This document shows, piece after piece, positions 52,142 through 63,679 of a DNA stretch of 64,000 nt; within the stretch, counting starts at the first letter, position 1, and each line of letters begins with the position of its first letter. The notes below the pieces were generated by a model. That model saw nothing but the letters and a program-made list of their open reading frames with translations. It made no database searches and was not told the origin of the DNA. The translations under genes were made by a program, and so were the position numbers. Source of the stretch: Mytilus edulis. Its lineage: Eukaryota. Where the stretch lies: positions 39,556,001 through 39,620,000 of the forward strand of contig NC_092351.1 in the NCBI RefSeq assembly GCF_963676685.1, in the 5' to 3' direction.

Positions 52142-53307
52142 CTGAAGCAAATGAAACCACAATGATGTTAACGTAGATGAAAGTTTTGGTATGGAATGTC
52201 AGTTCCAGCGTACTAGATTACAAATCTGCTTTACACACTGTTTACACTTTATTATTGTTTGTTTTTTTATGAATATAAGACAAGAAGATGCATTATGATT
52301 GCTAATGAGACAACTCTCCACCAGACAACAAATGATGTAGAAGGTTAGCAACTGTGGGTAACAGTATGGCCTTAAACGATGAACAAAACTCATACCGCAT
52401 AACAAGCTATACAAGACGCCAAAATGACAAATGTAAACAATTCAAACGAGACATTTTTTGGTCCACCTTTACATCTCATATTTTTCAAGTATGACGGTTC
52501 TTTTCCGGTTTCAGTTCGGACGTAGTCTAAGAGATTAATTTATAATGGAAAATGTCAATCTTACACGTTTCGATCTTGAATTATAAACCAAAACAAATAA
52601 ACTGCATATGATCATTTATTGCATTAGGTTTATGAAGCATGGGTGAATAAAACTGACTATAGATTTTTTCATACGTATAAATCTGTTCCCCGAATACTTT
52701 GATGTTCTAAACATGTACTTGTTTTACAGATGTGATGAATGTTTAACTTGAACCTTCTTAACACAGATGATATATGAAATAAACTGATTTAGAAAGTAAA
52801 GAAGTAAACTATCGTTTTTTTTGCAGATTTATATCTACAACTTCAAAAACTAACAAATATAACGGGAAGATTGATCAGCTGTTCTAGAAAAAGAAATAGT
52901 CTAACTAGTACATGTATTAGTTTACCAGTATTTCTAGGCAAATCACTTAAGCTTGTCCTTAGAAATTCATTTACCAGTTATTGATAAAAAAAAACACGTT
53001 TACTCTCTCCCAAGTAAGCTTTCACAAAGAAACTGGTAATTAAATGTTCAGTGATACCAAATTTACCAGTAGATTCTATTAGTGTAAAGTAACTTGAAAA
53101 ATATGTAGTATGCTAGCCAATGAAACAACTATCTCACATAGTGCAAAGGAACAATAGGTGAACGTACGACCTTCAACAATGAAGAAAATCCATACTGTAT
53201 TGTCACCTTTAAAAGGGTCCGACAAGATATGATAGAGATTTTGACTTGGTGTGTCTGACACGTTCAATACCATACAAATTCTTACTAATCATCTAAAATA
53301 AGCTTAC

Positions 53308-53601
53308 CATATTTTTCACAATTTGCAATCCCCTGTCTGAAGTAATACCAAAACCTTGATCTTTGGACCCACGACACACTCATTTTTGTAAAAGATTTTT
53401 TGGACACTCGTTTTATACATCTGGCTTCAAAGTCGTTCCATCCTATTCTGACTCTTTTCACTGTGAAGCCGACTGGGAACCTGCTTGTCTCAGATCGACA
53501 TGATTTGACCTCGCCGTCGAATAATATCTTTAGGTCAAATCTATCTACATAGTACACTTTGTCTACTACATAGACATATACGTCGTCGAAAATGGAATCT
53601 T
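53308..53601 (-). CDS. Gasdermin-like gene A, exon 3
   Basis: tttttacag| ... G|gtaagc, 294 nt; VYVYVVDKVYYVDRFDLKI...RFPVGFTVKRVRI resembles the gasdermin lyVVtev and P..(A/G)F strands. Confidence 0.8.
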
Positions 53602-54029
53602 CTGTAAAAAAAACAAACAAGATAGTTTAACAGATTGGACAGTTTTGCTAATTTACATGCGCCATGTATAAATGCGTTACAACCCGTACTCTGGGATCTC
53701 AAAACCATGCAAAACTGAGCTAAGTTGCTTTGGTGATCAGATAAAGTTCAAATTTAGACATGAGAGACATCTGTATGAGGGTAGCCAAATATTAACTCAT
53801 ATGTCAAAAACAAACTGACAATGTCGTTGGGAAAAACAAAAAAAACGACGAAAAGATAAACAACAGTTCACAAAACACAATATAGAAAACTAAAGATAGT
53901 GCAACACAACCCAAACAAAACCCAGGTGTGATCTAAGGTCCACAGTAAAGATAAGCAGATTCCTCTTAACATGCGACCACATGTTTTATATTCGATTCTC
54001 AAAATGTCTTGTTAAAATGCAAGAGAATC

Positions 54030-57000
54030 AAACAACGGATCATTACACTAGATTATTAAGCAACGGCTCTCAACACTAAACAACCAAGCAACGGATCACT
54101 ACACTAAACATTAAAGCAACGGATTACTACACTAAACAACCAAGCAACGGATCACTACACTAAACATTAAAGCAACGGATCACTACACTAAACAATCAAG
54201 CAACGGCTCACTACACGTAACAATCAAGCAACGGGTCACTACACTAAACAATCAAACAACGGCTCACTACACTAAACAATTAAGCAACGGGTCGCTACAC
54301 TAAACAATCAAACAACAACTCTCTACATTAAACAATCAAGCAACGGGTAACTACACTAAACAATCAAGCAACGGGTCGCTACACTAAATATTAAAGCAAC
54401 GGATCACTACACTAAACAATCAAACAACGGATCACTACACTAAACATTAAAGCAACGGGTCACTACACTAAACATTAAAGCAACGGATCACTACACTAAA
54501 CAACCAAACAACGTCTCACTTCACTAAACAAGTAAGCAACGGCTCACTACACTAAACATTAAAGCAACGGATCACTACACTAAACAATTAAGCAACGGAT
54601 CTCTACACTTAACAATCAAACAACGGCTCACTACACTAAAAAATCAAGCAACGGCTCACTACACAAAACAATCATGCAACGGCTCTCTACACTAAACAAT
54701 CAAGCAACGGCTCTCTACACTAAACAATCAAGCAACGGCTCACTACAATAAACATTAAAGCAACGGATCACTACAATAAACAATTAAGCAACGGCTCACT
54801 ACACTAAACATTCAAGCAACGGCTCACTACACTAAACATTAAAGCAACGGGTCACTACACTAAACAATCAAAGCAACGGCTCTCTACACTAAACAATCAA
54901 ACAACGGCTCACTACACTAAACAATCAAGCAACGGCTCACTACACTAAACAATCAAACAACAACTCTCTACATTAAACAATCAAGCAACGGGTAACTACA
55001 CTAAACAATCAAGCAACGGGTCGCTACACTAAATATTAAAGCAACGGATCACTACACTAAACAATCAAACAACGGATCACTACACTAAACATTAAAGCAA
55101 CGGGTCACTACACTAAACATTAAAGCAACGGATCACTACACTAAACAACCAAACAACGTCTCACTTCACTAAACAAGTAAGCAACGGCTCACTACACTAA
55201 ACATTAAAGCAACGGATCACTACACTAAACAATTAAGCAACGGATCTCTACACTTAACAATCAAACAACGGCTCACTACACTAAAAAATCAAGCAACGGC
55301 TCACTACACAAAACAATCATGCAACGGCTCTCTACACTAAACAATCAAGCAACGGCTCTCTACACTAAACAATCAAGCAACGGCTCACTACAATAAACAT
55401 TAAAGCAACGGATCACTACAATAAACAATTAAGCAACGGCTCACTACACTAAACATTCAAGCAACGGCTCACTACACTAAACATTAAAGCAACGGGTCAC
55501 TACACTAAACAATCAAAGCAACGGCTCTCTACACTAAACAATCAAACAACGGCTCACTACACTAAAAAACCAAGCAACGGCTCACTACACTAAACAATTA
55601 AGCAACGGCTCACTACACTAAACAATCAAGCAACGGCTCACTACACTAAACAATCAAGCAACGGCTCACTACACTAAATAATCAAGCAACGGCTCACTAC
55701 ACTAAACAATCAAGCAACGGCTCACTACACTAAACAATTAAGCAACGGCTCACTACATTAAACAATCAAGCAACGGCTCACTACACTAAACAATTAAGCA
55801 ACGACTCACTACACTAAACAATCAAGCAACGGCTCACTACACTAAACAATCAAGCAACGGCTCACTACACTAAATAATTAAGCAACGGGTTATTACACTA
55901 AACAATTATGCAACGTCTCACTACACTAAACCATTAAGCAACGGCTCACTACACTCAACAATCAAGCAACGGCTCTCTACACAAAACAATCAAGCAACGG
56001 CTCACTACATTAAACAATTAAGCAACGGGTCACTACACTTAATAATCAAGCAACGGCTCACTACACTAAACAAGCAAGCAACTGCTCACTACACTAAATA
56101 ATTAAGCAACGGGTTACTACACTAAACAATTAAGCAACGGGTCACTACACTATACATCGAAGAAACGGCTCACTACAATAAACAACCAAACAACGGGTCA
56201 CTACACTAAATAATCAAGCAACGGCTCACTACACTGAACATTAAAGCAACGGGTCACTAAACTAAACATTAAAGCAACGGATCACTACACTAAACATCCA
56301 AATAACGGGTCACTACGATAAACAATTAAGCAACGGCTCACCACACTAAACAATCAAACAACGGCTCACTACACTAAATAATCAAGCAAAGGCTCACTTC
56401 ACAAAACAATCATGCAACGGCTCTCTACACTAAACAATATAACAACGGCTCTCTACACTTAACAATTAAGCAACGGATCACTACACTAAATTAAACATTA
56501 AAGCAACGGATCACTACACTTAACATTTAAGCAAACGGGTCACTACACTAAACATTAAAGCTACGGATCGCTACACTAAACAACCAAACTACGGCTCACT
56601 ACACTAAACAATTAAGCAACGGCTCACTACACTAAACATTAAAGCAACGGATCACTACACTAAACAATCAAAGCAACGGCTCTCTACACTAAACAATCAA
56701 ACAACGGCTCACTACACTAAACAATAAAGCAACGGGTCACTACACTAAACAATCAAAGCAACGGCTTTCTACACTAAACAATCAAACAACGGCTCACTAC
56801 ACTAAAAAACCAAGCAACGGCTCACTACACTAAACAATTAAGCAACGGCTCACTACATTAAACAATCAAGCAACGGCTCACTACACTAAACAATCAAGCA
56901 TCGGCTCACTACACTAAACAATCAAGCAACGGCTCACTACACTAAACATGAAAGCAACGGCTCACTACACTAAACAATCAAGCAACGGCTCACTACACTA

Positions 57001-57340
57001 AACAATTAAGCAACGGCTCACTACACTCAACAATCAAGCAACGGCTGACTACACTCAACAATTAAGCAACGGCTCACTACAATAAACAATTAAGCAACGG
57101 CTCACTACACTAAACATTTAAGTAACGGATCACTACACTAAACAACCAAACAACAGATCACGACACTAAATAAGCAAACAACGGATAATTACACTAAATA
57201 ATTAAACAACGGTCCATTACACTATTAATCAAACAACGGATCATCACACTAGATAAACAAACAACGGATCATTACACTAAACAATCAATTAACGGATCAT
57301 TACACTAAATTATCAAACAACGGCACATTACACTAAATAA
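54030..57340 (+). repeat. 28-bp tandem satellite (~3.3 kb, ~115-120 units) in intron 2 of gasdermin-like gene A
   Basis: Unit aagcaacggctcactacactaaacaatc; no unique spacers. Confidence 0.95.
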
Positions 57341-57391
57341 ACAATGAGATGCTTCAGAAGACCCTACATAATTTGTAAAGAAGAAACATAC

Positions 57392-57754
57392 CAAATAGTT
57401 CCATGTTGATAATTCTGTTTTTCAGATCTTGAACATCTTTCAACTGTTTTACTGTTTTTCCAAACACATCTATGATAATCTTTTTTTCTTTTCCATTCCT
57501 CCGCGGTTTTAATGAACTCTCGTGATGAAACCGGAAGTTAGGGTCTTCATCACATGTTTCTGTTTCCATCGATTTAACTTGTTCTGCACCAGCCCATCGT
57601 GGATAGAAATCCCAAATGAGTTCCGAAGCTATTGCTGGAGTTGACTCTCCTTTCGCCCATTCTTTAAATGTTCGGTCAATATGAAAGATCAGTAATCCCG
57701 GTTCGCAAGGTGCATCGAGGAACGACAGGAAAGGGTTTGCAATTATTTCATTTC
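57392..57754 (-). CDS. Gasdermin-like gene A, exon 2
   Basis: tttgacag| ... G|gtatgt, 363 nt, phase 1-1; NEIIANPFLSFLDAPCEPGLLIFHIDRTFKEWAKG...LIWDF...DPNFRFHHESSLK. Confidence 0.8.
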
Positions 57755-59438
57755 CTGTCAAAGTATAGAAATAACGTTACACAAAAAAAAAACCCTGATC
57801 ACTGAGAATACGATACAGTTTAAGTGCGCATGCTTTAGAAACATCTTAGTGATTCTATATGACTTTAACGTTTGCATTGTCTTTTCATTTTTATTTTTAA
57901 ATTTAGAATTACTTAGTAGTGAAAATCTAATTGAATACAAATCAAATATTTGAGTAGACTTAATATTTGTTATTTTAAAGTATCCGGCAGTAGCTTTTCC
58001 TCTTATGAAAAAATATGAAATAGCTTTTACAAAGTTTTTTTTGCGTTGTTCTTTACCTGAAAGAAGAAGACATTTTAGTTTGATTATAAATGTATAGTAC
58101 CTAAGTTCATACTTTCATGAAGGATCACTCCAATTTTCAAATTCAATTATATCTTAGATTTGAAACTCGGACTCAAAATATAGAAATTCGCAATTCGAAT
58201 TCGTAATCCTTAATTCAAAATTTGAGATTCATAATTCAATATTTAAAGTAACAAGTTGATTTTAAGATGTGAAACTTTCGGGGTAAAACAAAATTAACTG
58301 AAAAGTAAATAAATAGAGATTGACAAAGTTCATGGATTATCCAATGGAGTGAATATACGCATTGGCCGTATGGCCTTCAATAATGAGAAAATCCATAGGT
58401 TAAGTCAGCAATTAAAAGGCCACCACACCAAAAGTATGGAACAATCCAGTTGAGATAACTAACGGCCTAATTTGAAACAAAATGATTTAAGAAAAACAAA
58501 AATAAGACATGAACCAACGACAACCACTGCACTACAGGCTCCGGACTAGGGACATGTACATACAATATATAGCGGGTGTGGTATGAGTGCCAATAAAACA
58601 ACTCTCCATCCAAGTCACAATTTATATAAATAAATCATCATAAGTAAAGGTACGGTCTTCAACGTGGAGCCTTTCTGACACCGAACAGCAAGCTTTAAAA
58701 GGCCCATAAACATTCTAGTGTAAAAACCATTCAAACGGGAAAACCAACGGTCTAATCTATATAAAAATCGAGAAACGAGAAACACTTATGAACCGCATAA
58801 ACAAACGACAACTACTGAACATCAGATTCCTGAATTAGGACAGGTGCAAACAACTGCAGCGGGATTAAACGTTTTAATAGTGCCAAACCTTCTCCGTAAT
58901 CTGAAACGAAAGTGTAACATCCCAACATAGAAAGACACACTATAAAATGTCAATTGGAATGGCTTAACTCAATCACAAACATGTTTAAAGTCACCCCTAA
59001 CCTAGGACAGTGTTGTAACGGTACAACATAAGAACATTTTGCTGATATGTACTTCCCAATGTTTTTAGAACCTTTAGTTTAATAATGTTTTGACTTTCCG
59101 TATCCATGTGAAGGTATTGAAAAGTGAATCGAATGTTAATGCAGTAAAAAAAAATGATTTGGTATGTGTTATCAGATTGAGAGCATCAGTTTTATGAATA
59201 CTTTACTCAAATATATTTCATCGACTGTAAAGCTTTTTTTTATATACACAAAGCAGTCTTCTTAATTATAATATTCGGATATCTCGAATTTTGAAGTCCG
59301 ATTGTGTATTTCGCTTTTCAAACTTTGATTATTAGATCTCACATTTAAATTCTCGATTGATGCATTCATTACATCTGGTCTGTCGTTGAATGACAACACA
59401 GTTATTTATTAGAACATTAGCTTTTTAAATTTACTTAC

Positions 59439-59532
59439 CGGCTACTGCTTTGGAAACTTTTCCAGCTATGCTATGCCAGGCTTTTTGTTCCACATGATTT
59501 CCTGATAACTGCTTGTAGGTTTTCCATGTCAT
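59439..59532 (-). CDS. Gasdermin-like gene A, exon 1 (MTWKTYKQLSGNHVEQKAWHSIAGKVSKAVA-G); upstream in-frame ATGs at 59634 and 59682 also possible
   Basis: Donor G|gtaagt; start chosen by alignment with paralog B (MTWKTYKQLS vs MDSKLYKSIT). Confidence 0.7.
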
Positions 59533-59783
59533 GCCACCATGACTTACACCAAGAACGTTGGTAAATATATTGGGAATGTGTTCAGAAATATTAGGTCTGG
59601 CTAATGAATATCGCCAGAGTTCTCTGAACGACATTACTTGTGCACTAACGACAGTCACATGAGAATTTCTCGGGAACGTCATAGAATAGACATGGAAACG
59701 TTAGTAGTATACGAACGTCACAAACGTTCTTGACAACGTTGGTAAAACCTTCAATACCACACGGAAGAATCGAATGGCTTGAA
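59533..59783. promoter_or_regulatory. Putative bidirectional promoter/5' UTRs between the divergent gasdermin-like genes
   Basis: 251 bp between the two inferred ATGs; repeated AACGTTGGTAAA (59554, 59735) and GAACGTCA; TTCTCGGGAA (TTC-N4-GAA) at 59667-59676. Confidence 0.55.
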
Positions 59784-59874
59784 ATGGATTCGAAGTTGTA
59801 CAAAAGTATTACGGAATGCGATGCCAGGGCAGTCTGGCCTATGGTTAGAAATGTTGTGGCAGCTCAGCTTATGG
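59784..59874 (+). CDS. Gasdermin-like gene B, exon 1 (MDSKLYKSITECDARAVWPMVRNVVAAQLM-G)
   Basis: First in-frame ATG; donor G|gtaaga, phase 1. Confidence 0.75.
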
Positions 59875-60178
59875 GTAAGAAACGCAAAAATACACATTAT
59901 TTGTTTAATTATTACCGCATTTTTGAAAAACAAGTTAATGTAAATTTTCGTTGTATTAAATTTTCATTGCGGGTATTTTATATATGTTTCAAATTACTGG
60001 TTCTGCTGTTATTATAATAAATTGTATGTTTTATGTTTTAATGTAAGCTGTGCTATTGAATTGAGGTACTTTTGTACATGTTATAACTTGTGTTTTTGCA
60101 TTATACAAGTTATAACATGTACAATATTTTTGTACATGTTATAACCTGTACAAAATTGCAACTTGTACACGACATATA

Positions 60179-60930
60179 AACAACTCGTCTAAACATCAAC
60201 GCAACAATGTTAGATCTGTAAATTTGCTTTCGCAAATTGTTTGTTCTTCCATCGCCGGGATTCGAACCCATGCTACTGAGATATCGTGACACCAAATCAC
60301 CTGCATTGTAGCCGTCCCGCTAGACCACACGACCACCTGGGCTTCACAAAAATATAGCTTTCGGTGGCCGTGTGTTACCTTTCCTCGTCAGTTTTAATTT
60401 AGCGTCGTACTACAGTACATGATATATAAGGCATAGAGAGATGTTATTGTTACAGATCAGCTCAATTATATAGTAAAGGATCCTACAAATTAATGTTAGA
60501 TACAGTCACAGAAAATAATTATATTTATAAGTACGTCTGAGTCAGTGACAACTCTAAAACAGATTTATCCATCGGATCACCAGCAATGATGGTGATACAT
60601 GGTTGTGTACATTATGTATATACAACTCGTCTAAACATCAACCCAACAATGTTAGATCTGTAAATTTGCTTTCACAAATTTTTTGTTCTTCCCTCGCCGG
60701 GATTCGAACCCATGCTACTGAGATATCGTGACACAAAATCGCCTGCATTGTAACCGTCCCGCTAGACCACACGACCACCTGGACTTCATAAAAATGAAGC
60801 TTTCGGTGGCCAGGTGTTACCTTTCCACGTCAGTTTTAATCTAGCGTCGTACTACAGTACATGCTATATAAGGCATGAAGATGTTATTTTTACAGATCAG
60901 CTAAATTATCTATAGTAAAGGATCCTACAT
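60179..60930 (-). repeat. Tandem dimer (442-bp period) of a tRNA-headed repeat in intron 1 of gasdermin-like gene B
   Basis: caactcgtctaaacatcaac at 60181 and 60623; minus strand has A-box ggtggtcgtgtggtctagc and B-box gggttcgaatccc. Confidence 0.8.
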
Positions 60931-61386
60931 TTTAAGCAATACTTTGTACATGTTATAACATGACGAGGTACGTTTGTACATGTTATAACATTTACATAAT
61001 CGCAACATGTGCACGACATAAAAATGTATAAGAAATCAAAGAATCTCAAAGTTAGAAATAAAGAGATTTAACCATTGTCAAAAACATTGGATCTGTAGCC
61101 GTAGTACAAGAAGCAAAAAAAATAGTACTGTAACTGGGTTGCACAAAGACCTTTTTATATATTTTCTAGTGCTGTCTCATTCAACACGTCCTTTTATAAT
61201 AAGAAGATGTGGTATGATTGATAAGGAGACAACTCCTCCACAAGAGACGAAAATGACACAGAGACCAACGACTATAATAGGTCACTGTATGGCCTTTAAC
61301 AAATAACATTTTTAGCCTAATTTAGAGATAACTATATAGTTTTGCTGGTATTTAACATAAATTCTTTTTTAAACAATTTTATTTAG

Positions 61387-61740
61387 GACCAGATGTAATT
61401 CCTATTCCGTATTTGATGGATGCACAATATTACGATCATGGTTCCATAATAGTCAAAGAATCGCTTTCTAAAATGGAAAGATTGAAAGGTGTAAGACCCG
61501 GAATTATAACAATAGGAAGGCTTAAAGATTTTATTGATGATCCAAAAGATACAAATTTAAAGGAATGGCCAAAAACAAAGAAAGCCTCAGAACGAATGAA
61601 TCCAACTTTTACATTTGAAGAAACAGCTTTAAAAAATAAGTTACGTAAAACTGTGACAGTTGAAATAGATGCATGTGAACGATACACCATGGAGAACATC
61701 CCTGGAGAGGATGATGTCACGGTAGGATTGGATAATAGAG
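61387..61740 (+). CDS. Gasdermin-like gene B, exon 2
   Basis: atttag| ... G|gttagt, 354 nt, phase 1-1; PDVIPIPYLMDAQYYDHGSIIVK...RPGIITIGRLKDFI resembles the gasdermin/pejvakin DLIPV..L.D......SLV.K...P.......L.D motif. Confidence 0.82.
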
Positions 61741-62364
61741 GTTAGTAAACTAAGGCTGGCAAGGATTCTATTACGGTAAATTAGGGATTTCAAGAACACG
61801 ATAGTTTTAAAATATCGCCACAGGCGTGTGGAGCCTGCACCCTATTTTATTTTTGGGGGACGGGAGGGTTGGTCAATTCTTTTTAAATGTATTTATGTGT
61901 TTTCCCCAATAAATTAAAGTTTTTCCCACGGACGTGTGTTGTTTTACAAATGTTCTGTTAAGAGCAATAACACATTCAATACAATTACTTATAAATATAT
62001 CAAGATTTTTTAAAGATTTTTTCTTTCTTTTGCAGAAAAAGATCAGAGATAAATACACATGTTATATTTCACTGAACTTTCAGATTCTTGTGACCATAGT
62101 AAGGTTCACGCAGTGTATTTTTCTAAAATACATAGCAAAAACTACATAATTTCATTTTACATCTGCATCCATTATTTGATCAACTAAAACGTAACTTAAG
62201 CTTAATATCTGATTTGGGAGTTTTGGAACAAAATATTTGTTAAAAAACTATTTCTTGATTTATTTTTTCTCTAAGGGAAGGGAGGGGCCCGAGGTGAATA
62301 AAGATTATGGAATACTTGTCCCAACAGTACTAGTTCACATCTTAGGTTCTTGTACTACAAAAAT

Positions 62365-62670
62365 CAAGTATTGTTGATATTCAAGTATTGTGGTTATTCA
62401 GGTATTGTTTGTTATTCAGCTATTATTTGTTATTCAAGTATTGTTGAGTGTTCAATCATTGTTTGCTATTCAAGTTATTGAAGAAATGTTTGTTATTCAA
62501 GTATGATTCAAATTTGTTTAGTATTCAAGTATTGTTTAATATTCAAGTATTGTTTGGTATTCAAGTATTGTTGATATTCAAGTATGTCTGATATTCAAGT
62601 ATTGTTTGTTATTCCAGTATTGCTTGTTATTCCAGTATTATTTGTTATTCACGTATTGTTTGTTATATTC
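62365..62670 (+). repeat. ~16-18-bp minisatellite (tattcaagtattgtttgt) abutting the exon 3 acceptor
   Basis: About 17 degenerate copies. Confidence 0.85.
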
Positions 62671-62676
62671 TTTTAG

Positions 62677-62945
62677 GATTTCAGTATGTAAACAAGATTT
62701 ATCTGGTATACGAGGTTTGCTATGCAGACAAGATAGCAGTGACCGTCGGGATAGGGAATGAAACCGACAGAGTAGAAATAGATCAACGAGTTCCTATTGG
62801 CTTCAAAATGCGAAAATACAAGCTTAAAGAAAATGGCGCACTCGGGAAGCCTACAGACCAACCAAATAAATCGAAGTTCGAATGGATAAAACGAGCGCAC
62901 TTCCGGAATCCAATGGATGATTTACCTGATATACCTGATGAGTGA
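62677..62945 (+). CDS. Gasdermin-like gene B, exon 3
   Basis: ttcttttag|; FQYVNKIYLVYEVCYADKIAVTVGIG...RVPIGFKMRKYKL...PMDDLPDIPDE*; AATAAA at 63146. Total CDS 714 nt (237 aa). Confidence 0.82.
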
Positions 62946-63679
62946 TCAAATTTTTGTTAAAAGATTAGATTCAAAAGATATATGATTTGTATCTGACTTT
63001 TCTCTCTTATGATTTTATGTCTAAGCAAAAAGTTACCTGAGCATGCTGTTACGCAAACTCTACTGTTCTTATAACTTATTCTTCTTGATGTTAATTTATC
63101 TGTTTTATCCATTCCTTTGTATATAATAATTAATTGTAATAATCTAATAAATGAATACGCAATATGGAAAGTGTTTCATCATTTACACAGTACATACACA
63201 TTCTAAAAAAATAACCATAGATTTGTCATCGTATTTGTACTAGCAGCACAAAAACTGATGACGCATGTTTAGCAGAATCTGCTTGCTCTTCCGGAAATCA
63301 CTACCAGTTTTGGGTTGGGTTCATGTTGGTCGGTCTATTTTACGTTACGTTTGTACTGCTACATGTCGTTCGATCGTTTTTCGTTTATGTCATGGTATTT
63401 TCAGTTTTGTTTTTAACTTATGAGTTATGTGGATAATACTTTAAAAAAATCAAAAAATCTTTGAGTTCTTGATAACAAATTTTGGCATGGTTTACATGAA
63501 CTGCTCTTGTTTAAATAGTGATGAATTTAATTAATCGAGTTCGCTACAGCCGATTTCGATTTCAATGAGTTTGCAGCTAAAGGTAATATATTTGGTTAGC
63601 TTGCTTGCTAGCTGAACCGTGAAGTCATTGTTAGGTTAGGTAAACTATTCTTCTTTAAGAATAGAGTAGTCCGACAGAT

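Noticed and set aside
54030-57340. CRISPR-like array (28-bp repeats)
   Set aside because: Units are contiguous with no unique spacers, there are no cas genes, and the context is a eukaryotic intron; it is a satellite.
57810-57825. Donor AACT|gtatcg creating an in-frame TGA (possible selenocysteine) in gene A
   Set aside because: Weak donor, no SECIS recognised, and better in-phase donors exist.
60250-60345. Functional tRNA gene
   Set aside because: A/B boxes are present but there is no convincing acceptor stem or anticodon arm; it is part of a 442-bp repeat.
61721-61727. Alternative donor ACG|gtagga for gasdermin-like B exon 2
   Set aside because: Phase 0 is incompatible with the phase-1 acceptor at 62677; the donor at 61740 keeps the frame.
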